This document shows positions 13,416 to 26,689 of a stretch of 64,000 nt of DNA, piece by piece. The translations under genes and the position numbers were made by a program. Each line of letters begins with the position of its first letter. Within the stretch, counting starts at the first letter, position 1. The notes under the pieces were generated by a model. The model did not search any database. It saw only the letters and a program-made list of their open reading frames with translations, and had not been told where the DNA came from. The stretch is from positions 122,264,001 to 122,328,000 of the forward strand of contig OX638151.1 in NCBI GenBank assembly GCA_951804945.1, in the 5' to 3' direction. Source of the DNA: Podarcis cretensis. Its lineage: Eukaryota.

Positions 13416-14334
13416 AAAAAGCGTGAAGACAGGACAAATAACTCCCCCCCCAAAAAAAACCTAGGTCTCCCCCAACAAACGTTTGAGACTAGCTCCCCTA
13501 AATCTAAAAGATGGATCAAACTGTGCGTGCCGCTAGGTGCGCGCCGCTGCCCTGCAAGCTCTGATAAGCTCCTCCCACAGCTAATCACCTGCCTCAACAG
13601 AAACCCTGCCCCCTCTGACCTTTGCACAGGGAGAGCAGTTATGGGCAAGATGATGGGAAGATAATTAAACATGTTCAGAACGGTAAGCTCTTCTATTGTA
13701 TAAGACTTCTATGGTATAATAGGAAGCAGCCCCATAAAAATATGGCAAATGTGGGGTGACAAGGCGGGGGGCAAGAGTACAAATCCCTCATCAAATTGGA
13801 CTGTCTGCTGCATTTGCCGTAGTAATATATGTTCTGAAAACCGTCATCATTTTGCTCTTCCAAAGCCAAAACCACCAAAGAACATTCAAGAAAAAACATT
13901 ATTTATAGTGCTACGTTTCCATACCTTTAATGGAAAGGTGGGCACATTTTATTTATTAATTTATTTGTTATATAGGAGAAAAAAATCCTCACCTCTGCGG
14001 AAATTACAACGCTAGTTTCCATCCCCTGTTTCTAAGACTCCACTAGCAGATAGGTAGGCACACAGATGTTTACAACCTTGCCTTTCTATACACCACTATT
14101 TGGCCACATTGGGGCCTGGATGATGAATACCAGCCCTTTTTGCTCATTAACATTCCACTGAAAAAGCTCCACTTCAGGTACAGTAGCAAAGTATGTGACA
14201 AGTAAAGTTAAACCCTTTTTCTAAATGCAATGCAGCTAGCGAATATATGACACATGTTTGATTAAAGCAGACAAATGGATGCAATCTACAATCTGGTTAG
14301 CCCATCTAACTTATTTACTGAGGCAGGGTACCAT

Positions 14335-14937
14335 GTGTGGGATGTATTATTGCTAGAGCAGTCAAGTTCCATATTTTCCTGTTGCCTAGAATGGACACAC
14401 AGGGGAATGTGGCTCCAGACAAGAAGGACTTCCTGTCATACCTGCTCTGGATTCTCCTCCCCTGTGTGTGACCAGGCAGGTGGGCAGGGCTCTAGCTGAC
14501 CAGATAAAAGGGCTGGCTACGCAACCATTTCTCTCTTGGACTTGTACTCTCTTACTCTTACTCTTGGACTTTCACTCTTCTGGCTCTTAGCCAGTGCATG
14601 GCTCAACCTTCACATAGGATGGAGCCCACAAGCAGAAAGTCTGATATGCAGCTCAGACTTCTTTTCACTGTAACCACATGATAAAGTCTGCCTTTGGATT
14701 ACTGCTGTGAACTGAATGTGAGTAACACTTTATTCTTACTTTTAAAGAAGACTGTGATGTGTTATTATTATTTTAAGAGGAGAAACTTACCAGGAACAAT
14801 CCAGACTGGACAAACCAGACTGGATTGCTTAATTAAAGGATTCTAACGAATCATCAATTTGCTTCCAATAAGTTGCAAAGGGAATGTGCTCTGCTGTTTA
14901 CTCACTAGTGTGAGTGAGGAGGGATAATATCAAAACA
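14335..14937 (+). mobile_element. Possible solo LTR
   Basis: TG..CA bounded block with gataaaag TATA-like box followed by a CT-rich tract; boundaries uncertain. Confidence 0.3.
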
Positions 14938-15090
14938 ATATATCCTCTCCTACCTTCCTTAACATTCCCACACCATGATCCTTTAAAGCCCATGGATTTC
15001 ACCCAAATCTATTTATCATACAAATGGTTAGAAATAAGGTGCAAGAGTGCTGAATACATATTGACCTTCTAAACAGAACAAGATGAACAG

Positions 15091-15175
15091 CAAGTCTTGT
15101 GGCACTTTAAAACTGATAAATTCATCATGGGAAAAGGTTTTATGGACACCAGTCCACTTCACCAGATGCATGAAG
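15091..15175 (-). mobile_element. Degenerate Penelope-like element terminus
   Basis: gtcttgtggcactttaaaactga...agtccacttcaccagatgcatgaag; minus strand carries a decayed hammerhead-like core (ctggtgaagtggac...gtccataaaa). Confidence 0.5.
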
Positions 15176-16659
15176 GGTTACCCTGAAGTGTACATACACA
15201 AGTGGAGTGGTGGAGTGGAACTGTAAACATTCATGTCAAAAGGGGGAAATGCAGAAAATACAGGTTGTGGTAATTGACAGCAGCCATTCACAAAAAAAGT
15301 CTGTTGCTAACACAAATTTCTTAGCGTTGCTAAGCCAAGAAATGTTGTATGATTAAACAAAAAACATTTGCCCCAATTCATGACAAATGAGATAAGAGTT
15401 CACAATGAGACATAAATGGTGTGAAGTAGTCAGGTAGTTATGTTAGGCACAGAGCCATATTATAATAGGATGGTCCAGCTGTGCAGTCCTGAAACTGAAA
15501 GCAGATCAAATGTTTCAGATGATGGAAAAAGTTCTTGTATGTGCGTCTTATCCATTAGGAAACAAAAGGAGAAAAAAGTAGAAATGTCAAATTTGCAGGC
15601 CAAATATTTTTCCATCTTCAAAGAGCAAAGGCTCTGTGAGCAATTAAAGTTCTGGGACATTAATATCTTTTGACCCTGCGGAAAAGGGCAATCAAATTCC
15701 AATCACGTCTAAAAAACATCTGGACAAATTTGAGCAAATGATTTTTCAGCCATCCATATATTTCTTTAAATTACGCTGTCAACGGAGAAAGCCACATCCT
15801 AGGGCACGAAATAAATGAGATCTGTTTGAGGCCTGCCTGCAAGAAAGAACGTGTGGGGGGGAAACAGGCAGCCCTACACCACCACAGGCCTAAGCCTGCC
15901 ATAAAACACCAAACAATATGGCACAGGAGCCAAAGGGAGGCATAAATCAAACAAATAGAAAAGCTATTGTAAAAGTTTCAATGAGCTAGAGAGAGACATC
16001 TAAATATAGCAGCAGATTTAATATTCCACCCCCCTGCTGCCCCCCAAGCTGCTGCTGTAAAAGCGTCAGATATATGGATGATTAACAGTAAACATTGGAA
16101 GGCGTGGGGTGAAATTTATTTTTTGTCATCTTGGATGGATAGCCAAGAATCCTATGGAAATCAACTTAAGAATTTTCTGCTGACAGGGGGTTAGGCCCAA
16201 GGTCACCCTTCACAGGGAAAGATGGGTTGACAAAGAAGGGAGTCGTGTTATGCCAATTTTGGCAAACCAATTTTGCAAAAATTAATGCAATGAGTGCATT
16301 TCATCTGTTGGCATGAGAATGGTAATGCAGTTTTACCACTTGATCCATCACAACTGACACTTCTAAACTGACATTTCCTCCCACACCATTAAGCAACCTT
16401 GCCGCCATGCAATAAGTGTGAGCTGAATAGTGTATTTCACTCAGGTTGAAGTGACGGCACAATCCAATGCCAGCTCCTTCATCAAGGCCAAAACCCCAGA
16501 AGGCAAGCTTAGGACACATCCTTGTCCACACTATACTGCACCTGGACCTTAATGTCATCAGCTCAGCCTCTTACAGTGACAAGAAGGGACGTCCCTGGTA
16601 TATGCATTGCCGTGGGTTTTCTAGAGCAGTTGCTCTGAGTGCAGCATAGTTTCTAGAGC

Positions 16660-16790
16660 ACAGCTGGGGAACTTGTAACCTTCTAGATGTTGCTGGACTA
16701 TGTCTCCCATGATCCCCAACCATTGGCCATGCTAGCAGGGACTCATGGAAACTTGAGTCCAACATTTGGAGGGCCACAGCTTCCCCACCA
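16660..16790. mobile_element. Degenerate palindromic hAT MITE (family of 40352 and 63223)
   Basis: gatgttgctggacta..tcccatgatccc...gagtccaacatttggagggcc. Confidence 0.55.
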
Positions 16791-17140
16791 TTGTAGGAAG
16801 TACCGGTAACCACTGTAGGAACCCTATACACAAAACTCATGGCTGGCACCATCTTCAACTTTTATCCCCCATCCACATGGATCTGACAATGCCTGGATGC
16901 AGGAACTGTGTCTGGCCAATTATTTGTTTCCTTCTAACCCAAATATCAATCAGACAAGAAAGCAACATTTTGGCATCTTTCGTCTTGCCCACACATATTT
17001 CTAGAACAGCAAGAGAAGAGGCCACTAGCAAGTGACTAATGCATTGATACAGAAACAGTCAGTCCTTAGTTTTTTCACCACAGGAAAAGGACTGTGTCTA
17101 GCCCTCACACAATCGCTTTCACCATGGCTACACAACTACT

Positions 17141-17240
17141 GTCTTCCACTGCGGGAGGCAGTGGAAGACAGAAGTGCCTGTTGTGCTCTGGTCCACGGGG
17201 CCACAAAGAGTCGGACACGACTAAACGACTAAACAGCAAC
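17141..17240 (+). mobile_element. RTE/BovB-type 3' end fragment
   Basis: ggtccacggggccacaaagagtcggacacgactaaacgactaaacagcaac tail; 11-bp TSD acacaactact at 17130-17140 and 17241-17251. Confidence 0.8.
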
Positions 17241-17927
17241 ACACAACTACTAGGCCCACCCAGTTAACAGTATCACAATTCCAAAGAAGCAAGTGACACA
17301 CATCTCCAGGTGGACAAATCTGCGCAACCAAACAGAACAGGATGAAACAGCAAGAATGTGCAACACCATCCTGAATTAACTATATCTGAACACAGATGAA
17401 ATGGGAAAATGTACACATGCAGATAACAGCAGAGTCACTCGGAAGAAATTTGGAAGCACAGGAATCAAATCTCATTGAAGCTATTGCAAAAATATTAATT
17501 GCTTTTTTGTTGTTATTTTGGACCACATCAGGAGGGGGAAATTAAGCAAAACAACAGCTACACAACCACTGTAGAGATAAATCTACTCACAGAATTGAAG
17601 GTTCAAATTATTAGAGCCCAAGGAATACAGAAGTACAGGTGGGTTGTTAAAGAAATTGCAAATTAGCACATAGAATACTGTATTTAACACCCATTGAGAA
17701 TTCAGGGGTAAATAGTATGACTTTTGGAAGTGATTTCATAAGCATGTGTGGGGAAGGCCCACTGGAATTGGTTTTCCATGTATTTCTGGGGGTGGGATGA
17801 ATGGGAAATGATACCACCTGTCAAAATGTTGTGTTGCCTGAAATTGATTGTTAAATATGGAAGACCAACTGTGTTGATTCACGAAGTCAAGTCCTCAGAA
17901 GGTAAACATTTATACAGCACTTGGGGG

Positions 17928-18060
17928 TAGAATCATAGAATTGTTGAGTTGGTAGGGACCCTGAGGATCATCTAGTCCAAACCCCTGCAATGCAGGAATA
18001 TGCAGCTGTCCCATATGGGGATTGAACCTGCACCACCATCTAACCAACTGAGCTATCCAG
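17928..18060 (-). mobile_element. tRNA-head SINE with CR1-type tail
   Basis: Minus strand: ctggatagctcagttggttaga (A box), ggttcaatccc (B box), ...ttctatgattcta tail. Confidence 0.7.
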
Positions 18061-18804
18061 TTGAAAGGGCTTCACATCTGGACCTTTCAAGTTTTGTGTA
18101 TATCATATATTATCTCCCCTGAAGTCAAAGCGGCTTGTTTCTAAGTAAATATGCTAAAGATCAGAACTGGGGAGAGGGGGGCGGGGTCAAGGAAAAACAC
18201 GCTGGATTTAATGTCAGTTCTAACAGCCGCAGACAACACTAACCAAAACCAAAATATGGCTTCCACACGAAAACATCTTTTCAAATCACAGAAGCTGCCT
18301 TCAAGAGAGACACATCTGCATGCAGCAACTCACTATGTACAATTTTATCCACGCTACCTTAATCAATCCACACAACCTTCTTAAACAAAACACACACAGA
18401 AAAAGTTGTCTGATGCATTGCAATGAGCCTGTGGCCAACTGTTTTGAATGTTGATAGCTTCCATAATGCAAATATACTATAAACCTATAAACCTGAAGGC
18501 ACAGATGTTGCTGGTTATTTCACATTAATAGGGTGCTCCTGGTCTTAGGAACCTCTCTTCTGCAGCTTTTTGCTTTTCCGGTTTTACCTTTTGGTTCATT
18601 CTGACTCTCCCTTAATTCCTCTGGTTTGTGAAAACCCTGCTTCTGTCTAGAACCGGAGAAAGTCAGTCAATTGCTACTATGGAGACCCTTCTGACTGGCT
18701 ATGTGCCTTCCTTCCACCTCCACCTCAGCCAACCACTTTAGAATGGAAAAGAATGTCTAAGCAAACAAAACCCTACAATACATTTGGATTGTATTACAGA
18801 AAAT

Positions 18805-18960
18805 TGTTTGTTTGTTTGTGTTTGTTGATTGTATCCCGCTCATCTGACCGGGTTGCCCCAGCCACTCTGAGTGACTTCCAAAAGAATATAAATGAACACG
18901 AAAAAACAGGAGACTTTAAAAGCTTCCCAATACTGGGCTGCCTTCAGATGTCTTCATGAG
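18805..18960 (-). mobile_element. L2 3' tail fragment
   Basis: Same motif as the 5478/6825 element (ccagccactctg...aaaagcttccc...gggctgccttcagatgtc). Confidence 0.6.
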
Positions 18961-19505
18961 CCCACATGGTACTGTATACAATACACATGCTCATTAAGTC
19001 ACAAGAGCCTTCCTATTCAAGCCTTCAACCCCAGTAGGATTCTAATAATGAAAGGGAGACCATGTTCCCAGAGTCCTGGCCACACCACCTTTCATGTTTT
19101 GGAGGGGATGCCTTCATGCTGATACTTCGCTACTAGTTTGCTGTAACATAAAATATTGTTCCACCTTGGGTGCTTCCTGAATGAGAGACCTCCTGGATAC
19201 CATATATAAGCCACTTAGAGCTCTTTGGAGGGAAAGCAATATATCAAATGTAATAAATAACCCAGCAGTAGACAAATCTGAACTGAGCTTGATATGTGAA
19301 CAGTACCACAACGTATCTGTTAATCTGAAAATTATACCAAGGGGATAAAATCCACAGGGAGCAAAAGTTGTGACAGTGTGATCTGTTTTGTAATTTAAGA
19401 TCTACTGATCCCACAAAAACAACCTGCTAAAGTATCAACATGAAACTATCAGTTTCAGGGCCAGAATGTTGAAAGCAAAGTATATTATAGGGTTATTCCT
19501 ACTCA

Positions 19506-19706
<201 letters not shown>

Positions 19707-22308
19707 TTAGCCAAGTGAATACTAACTGAATGAGACCGGCATATAGTCAGATCCTTAGATCTGTCAGACCAAAAACTAACTTTTCAGTTATCACGATCTT
19801 CTTCTTCAGTCATTTGCAGATGTCCTGCACCTTCATCCTTAGCATTGCATTAAGCCATTGGTCATACTGAACGTAGTAGAGTTCTAGAGCATTAAATGTC
19901 TGCGACCTGGGCTATGAAAGGGTAACCAATAAAGCCACATCAGCTCAACTAGATGCTGGCTGAAGCTGTTAGCAAGCAGGTTGAATCACACAAACAGGGA
20001 AATGCACATTGTGTATGTCTACACAGCAAACCTGAATTAGTTATTCCTGTTGGGTTTCTATTCCTCTCACTGTGCAGATATTGTTTAGGATTGGTTCATC
20101 ACATGTCTGTGTTATGCATTCCAGCATCGACTGTTGGAATCACGGGAGCGGATGTTTTACTGCATTGTACTCTGTTTCCATTTGTTTTTGCTTTCACTTC
20201 TGCCTTCTCTCCAAGGAAGACCAGAGAGAGGAGACATGTTTAATTTTGTTCTGCCTTGTGCTTAATAAAGCAGCTTCATGCTCACAACCTCAGCCTAGCT
20301 CTGACTGCGTTTTATCTCTGCTGGACTCTGGGTGTGTGCTCAATGTCTCCAAGACTTGAGTCACTATAAATCGTCAGGGAAGGATAAAATTGTGTGTTGG
20401 AACTCCCTAGAGCTGCACGCTAATGGGAGGGACAGGCTGGAAACATTCCTGTCGTTTGCCTGGGGGTTGTCCATGCCCCTGGCCAACCCGACAATTCCAT
20501 CCCCTGAAAGGTGTTCTATGATGGGAATCTAAAGATTCCTAATAAATCTACAGTTCCCAGAATTCTTTGAAGGAAGCTGTGACTGTTAAGTGCCATAATA
20601 ATGATATCACTTAGTAGTGGGGTCAGCCTTACACTAAGACTGAGATAAGAAGTAGTTTTACTCCCCAAGGTTGTGCTGGCAATACTGTGGAAAGAGCTGT
20701 TCAGCTAAGCACTTTGAAGCCCCATTTATTTCAATGGGAGAGATTGACATGCACACTTATTCCTTCTATTGAGAGCAGTCCAATTTTATAGCGCTTACTT
20801 TTGACTGAATTGTACCTTTGGAGTGCAATGCTGGAAAAAAATACAGTTGGGTTTTATTATTCTCTTTCCCAAGAATTATATTTGAGCTCTTCATGTACAC
20901 TTTCTTCAGACTGCTTTCTCTACCTTTGTTGCCCTCCTTCCCATAAAATTAATTGGCAAACAATTAAAAACAAACAGGCTTGCACACTTGTTGTAACACC
21001 TTCTTTCAATAGGCCAGAGTCCAGGAAGCGAAAAACAGTGTTCTAGACTCTCATAGCATTGTAGGTTCTCTAATAAGTAGAGCTGGAAGAGAAATTCAAG
21101 CAAAGAAAGGAGTTCCTTCTTCCCCTGTGGTAGAAGGCCTGGATACTGATTGAGCAAATCCTCACTTAACATTCACAACTTGGAGAACATTCAAGACATC
21201 CAGCCTGTCATAAATACAAAGCAATGTAATGCTGTTGTAAGAAGTTACGGACTGAGTTGCAGTTAGGAAGAATAAGGACTCAGGAGCTTTACATAATTGG
21301 ATGCTAGAATTATATTAGGGCTCCAAGTTGAGCTAAGTCTTGTCTAGCCTCCAAGCACAAATGCTCAGTCCTGAACTACATGAAAAATGGACAAAAATGG
21401 CATTTGTAGCATGCATTTTTCCTCCCTTGCTGCAAGTGAATTTGGGCATTCTGTTGATATGCAGGAATGGATAGTACAAAGTTATCCAAACCTCCTGTTC
21501 CTCTAGTGTTATATTAGAAATATTTCCTGCACAACTCCCTTGCTCAACTGGATGTGAAAACTGTCCATCAAGAGTCTCCATATATCTTAGGTCAGGGAGA
21601 TGTGAAGGCTGTATTTACATTCAAATGTGGCTGTGGAGGACCATCAATTCTTTTTATGCACAACAGAAGTCCAAAAGCACCCTGTTAACATGAGTGAGCC
21701 CTACCCTAAGGAAGTAGAGTGCAAGTCTCAGGCTGGGTTCCTAAACAGAACTGAACCCCTAAACAGGCCACCAAAAAATACAACAGCAGACAGTCAACAC
21801 ATGTATACATTCTGTTGTTGCTGCTTGTTATGTATTTTGTGTTCTCATTTTGTATTTTGATATTTTTGACTGTGTTCCAGTGTAAAACATCATGTACTTC
21901 ATCAATTGGTGCTTGCATCCTGCTGAAATTTATCCCTTTGCCACTGAAAAATAAAAAATAGAGACCTTCACTCACTACATCTCCCTCAAAATGTAGCATG
22001 TAGGATAAAATTTTGTGTACATGTGTTCAGGAACAGTAAGGGCTTGTTGACATGGGAATTTATAGTGGATTTGTTGCTACTCATGGACGCAAGCTTTACA
22101 ACATCTGCACAATGCTGTCCTAATCAAAATACCATCATTTAATTGGGAATGTTCTGTTTTACAAACAATCCTTAAGTCCAACCACAGTCAGTGTGGATTA
22201 TAGCTATGGTACTGGGGGGAATTATAATATTATAAAAGAAGTTATTGTAAAATTTAAATACCTGCCCCTTTTCTGATTACTGATACCACACTGTAGTTTA
22301 AACCTAGT

Positions 22309-22353
22309 GGAGGAGGAGGAGGAGGAGGAGGAGGAGGAGGAGGAGGAGGAGGA
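22309..22353. repeat. (GGA)15 microsatellite
   Basis: Direct reading. Confidence 0.97.
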
Positions 22354-24099
22354 TCAAGGCAACCCCAGAGACTGTTACCTATAAAAACAAATATGTCTAA
22401 TAATCCTAATGACACATTATTTTGAAAAGGAAAGGAAGTGGGAGAGAAAGATGACCTTCATCAAATCTCCATTCACCATGGATGTTTAATTCTCCTTATG
22501 AAACTTACAAGATAAAGACCAGGCTCCCTGCCCCTTGTGAATCCCGAACAGTGATGAATGAAACATTTTTGCCACAGGCAATAAAATGGAAGAGCAGTGG
22601 AAGAGAGTGGGATATTGCTGAAGCAGCTGCTAATTCAGTAGGATAGGCCAAGATATAGTTCTTTAAGGGAAACTGTTTGGCTTGCTCAGCAACAATTTTG
22701 TATATTTTGTAATGCATCTCACTCCAATATTCACAAACACAAATGCATCTCACTCTAATAGTTGCATGCACAATTCTAGTTCCCTGTTAACTTTGAGAAT
22801 TCCTGAAGCACTTGAATAGGGTTTGGGTGGAGTTATACTCTTACATTGTGGTCCAACACAGAAATGACACCTGAGTAATGCATGGTGGACTGTAATCATA
22901 CAGTATCCGCAGTTTATTATGTGCAAGTTTGCTGCCCATCTCAATCTTAAGGGACCTTTGGGCTGCTTTCCTCAGCAAGCAGCTCATCCCTCTCCTCTCC
23001 AATTTCTGTGATCATTTCTATTTACTTTATAAACTTCGGAATATCTTCACTTCTCATGAAATGTCTCTCCTGAAATGGACCTTCATCATCATCATTATTT
23101 TAACAATAACTTAGGAACCAGGAAATTGAGTGATATCTTGCAGATCCAAGCAGAAGCAGAATTTTGTCAAGTAATTAGCAGAGGCCTCTGGTACCAATAC
23201 CTTTATTCCTGAAGTAGGTATGCTGACTTTTCTAATGGCTTCATTCAGGTTTACAGCTTAATCACATTCAAATAACCAGATTTTGGAACCCTCAAGTCAA
23301 TAATTACATATAGTATACTAATGATACCCAGTGGTGTTTTTTTGATTCTGCTTTTGAAAGAATCCTGTGAATCCTTATTAGTGTCAGATACAAGTATTTG
23401 TCAAGGGGAAGCCTCCAATTCTTCTCTGAGCCAGCATGCCTCTCTATAACCCAGTACTAATTTTTCCACAAAGCACAGTTCTATCCATATTGACTGGGGC
23501 CCAGCTGCTAAACACTGAAGGGATTACTTGCAAGTAAATATGCATAGGATTGGGAGCTTAGTTTGGAATCTAGCAGCAACTCCCCTTTCTCCTCTGCAAC
23601 CCTGGAAAAATACTCCTACAAACACACACACAGAGAGAGAGAGAGCGCAATTGCAATAGAAAGCTCCCACTAGCATCAATGGAGTTTCATTGGTATTACC
23701 TTCATAATAAGACAATGCAAGCAGCCAACCTTCCCCCACCCTCCCCTCCCCAAAAAAATCCACCCATGTTTAAAATTTCTGTTTTTATATTCTCCTCCAT
23801 CCCAAGGAAGAGTTGCTGCTTAACTCAAACGCTCACACAGCACCTCTTGGTATATTAATTTACTGTTCTTGGGTCTGTGCAGTTGCTTTTCAGTTCCCAA
23901 CACCTCTTAGGATGAATTCGGTTGTGACCCCTAAGCTGGTCCGATCAGAGGCGTGCTGATTCCAAAGCACATCTCGCTGCCCTCAGTGGGACTCACTCCG
24001 AAGCCATTTCGGATGGCGAGATCTACACCAGAGTGGAGATATGGGCCGAGCTTCATGATGCTTGAGGTCTTTGTTCTTTATTAAACACTCCTGCTTCCT

Positions 24100-24500
24100 G
24101 CGTGCCGGAGCTTCGGTGCTACCCCGGTAACGATTTCCACTCAATGCACGAGCCTTGTGCGAAATGTCCCCTCTCCCCCGCCCTCGAGAGCCGCCCGGGG
24201 GCGCCGCGGGGGGAATCCGCGCGGGCCGCGTCTGCTTACCTTCCACCAGGGAGGTGAGTAAGGTGACATTTGCCGCTTTGCGCCTGCCGGCTGGCAAATT
24301 CAAGCCGATTTTTTCTAGCCTCTCTCGCAACGATCTGCCCCCGTTTTTCGATTTGGCTCTGCAATGGCAAAATGGGGGGGAAAGAAGGTGCTGATTCGAA
24401 GCTGAAGGAATGTTCCCAGGAAAGAAACTTTTTTTTGGGGGGGGGGAGGAAAAAGCGACTATGAGGCAGATCCCCGGAGCTGGAAGGGGCTTTAGCGCGC
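24100..24500. promoter_or_regulatory. Small intragenic CpG island over exon 5 and the start of intron 5
   Basis: Dense CpG (ccgcccgggggcgccgcggggggaatccgcgcgggccgcg) in otherwise CpG-poor DNA. Confidence 0.65.
24240..24358 (-). CDS. TFAP2B: TFAP2B exon 5 ([40 protein letters not shown])
   Basis: Acceptor ccattgcag|A, donor G|gtaagc, 119 nt. Confidence 0.97.
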
Positions 24501-24963
24501 GTGACTGAATTGCAGCTGACTGAGGAAGTTCTAGCAGACAAAATTGAGAAACGGAGAGGGGGGGAGGGAGAGATAAGCAATGAGAGACAGACAGGTAATG
24601 AGGAAGGAGAGAGAGAGAAGGAGGGGAGAGTGGGGGAGGGAGAGAAGCAATGAGACGGACAGATCGAGAGATGGGCAATGGGGAGGGAGAGAAAGGAGAG
24701 GGGAGGGGAGGGAGAAATAATGATTCTCGAGGAAGAGTTATGCTGAGGGATCACAGAATTGTAGAGTAGGAAGGTGTCCCAAAGGGTCATCTAGTCTAAC
24801 CCCCCGAAACACATGACTCACTGGTACTGGTTGGACCCTGCACCAGGAAAGCAAAAGGAGCTGGGGGCTGGTAGCACCCAACCAAGGCTGCAGCAGCCCG
24901 ATTCCATGAGTTTTTATTTGAGCACTGGTTTCATTGTGGCTTGCTCCTAGTAAATGGCTAGAT

Positions 24964-25113
24964 CATGTGCATAGCCAAGGGAGGCAGGGGGCTGGTGGGC
25001 AGCTGCCCCCCAATCAATAAAAATCAATAAAAATACATAGCTAATTGCGGTTCTGCTCCACCCCAGCAAAAGGCCTGCCTCCCCCCTTAACAAAAATCCT
25101 GGCTACGCCCGTG
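24964..25113. mobile_element. hAT-type MITE
   Basis: Imperfect TIR catgtgcatagccaagg / cctggctacgcccgtg; 8-bp TSD ggctagat / ggatagat. Confidence 0.65.
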
Positions 25114-26253
25114 GGATAGATTATTAGTTTTGAGGAAAAGCAAATGGCCATAAAACTGGAAAGGTGGAAAGGTCAGAGAAATAGGAGATCAAGACTTCCA
25201 GGATACAGGTGGCTGTGGAGAGGGGAGTGACCGCTTGTACAACTGCCCTCAGCAACGCGAAGAGTTTAGTATTGGTTCTGAGTGTGTGTCTTTTAATTGC
25301 AGCTGGCAACCTTATGGCCAATTTAAATATATTTGCCTATTATTGAAATCTTGGTATTGCAGGCACATTTTAACAATATCTACCATTCCTAAAAAAAAAA
25401 AAAAAACCTCTTATCCATTTCCGCAACATACCACAAATCAAAAAAGCCCACAGAACTGGCAGCCCTGCTTTTTAAAAACAAGTCCTCTCCAATTAAAAGT
25501 GGGCCCCATTGAAGGAATGGAAGCTTTCGCCAGTTGATCTAGCAATTAAAAGATTGCTGCTTTCCATTCATTTGACAATAGCCACAGACTCGTCTTGCAA
25601 TGACAGAGGAAGACCCCACCTCTACTTCTGGACTTCCCTTCTTCATCAAGCAAATGGCAACCATTGGCCAGGATGCATGTGTGCATATGAACATAGATGG
25701 ATGCATGCTGAAGACCACATGCCCAAGCTTCACACAGGCTGAGGAGGCCCCAGTTTTACCTTTAATATCCATGGCTATTAACCCACCTAGAAATGACACA
25801 TTGTCTCATACTACAGGGGGGAAAGTCGGAGGGGGGATAAGAAGGAAAGGGCTTACTCTGTGAATATCTTACATTAGAAATGTGATTTCTGCACTGTTTC
25901 CCACCCTCTCTTCTGAAAGACATACCAGCCACCCTGTAGAATAGAGCTTCACACCCTTTCTTTACATGTAAAGAAAGAGATGTTAGGATCCTAGGCCAGC
26001 TTGAGAAGATCTATCAGAAAAGCTAGAAGGTTGTCTGCATACTCAACTCATGGGTACTTACTCCTTTTCCTGAAGTCAAATTAGGTTTTAATATTAGCTG
26101 GTGTGGTGCCCTCCAGATGTTGGACTACCATCAGTCCAAGCCAGCATGATGTGTCAGGGATGATGGGTGTTGTAGTCTAGCAACATCCAGATGACACCAT
26201 GTTAGGCTTCAGTTGCAAAAGCAGCACTGTGGAGTCTGGCCAAAGGCCTATAT

Positions 26254-26560
26254 CAGGGGTCAGCAACCTAAGATCCATGGGCCACAAGCGGCCCATGGGG
26301 GTCGTTTAACTGGCCCATGGACCCCCGCTGCCCCCTAAGGGACCCCTGCCGCCTGCTTGGTTGGCTCCAGTGAGCCGCGCTAAACTGGTGCGGAGCAGAG
26401 CAGGGACAACCTTCCACGATGCTGGCCGGCTTCCCACTGGCTACAGGAAACTCCTGCAGCCAATGGGAAGCTGCACACGCCTCCTCTACGATGGAAGGAG
26501 CCCCGGAAATAGTGTTTGCGCATGCAAACACCACTTTGCCCACCACTTTGCTGACTCCTG
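26254..26560. mobile_element. hAT-type MITE
   Basis: TIR caggggtcagcaa / ttgctgactcctg; perfect 8-bp TSD gcctatat. Confidence 0.85.
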
Positions 26561-26689
26561 GCCTATATACTTAGGCACCCCATTTCACAAAGTGGTGAAC
26601 CAGATGCCAATCAAAAGTACATAAGCAGCAGACAAGGCCAATAGCCCTCTCCCTCTAGTTGTTTCCCCATAACTGTTCTTTAGAGGCAT

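Larger units (their letters stand above)
9816..13635 (-). mobile_element. Near full-length CR1 LINE with frameshifts and an internal RT deletion
   Basis: ORF1 with CxxC motifs, coiled coil and GDSL/SGNH esterase. ORF2 with APE endonuclease (11456-12169) and RT segments (10647-11483, 10358-10627, 9828-10355). (ATTCTATG)n tail. Candidate TSD cagttat at 9809-9815 and 13636-13642. Confidence 0.93.

Noticed and set aside
17990-18060. tRNA-like A and B boxes (also in the SINE heads at ~4740-4820 and ~37461-37540)
   Set aside because: SINE heads with no complete cloverleaf
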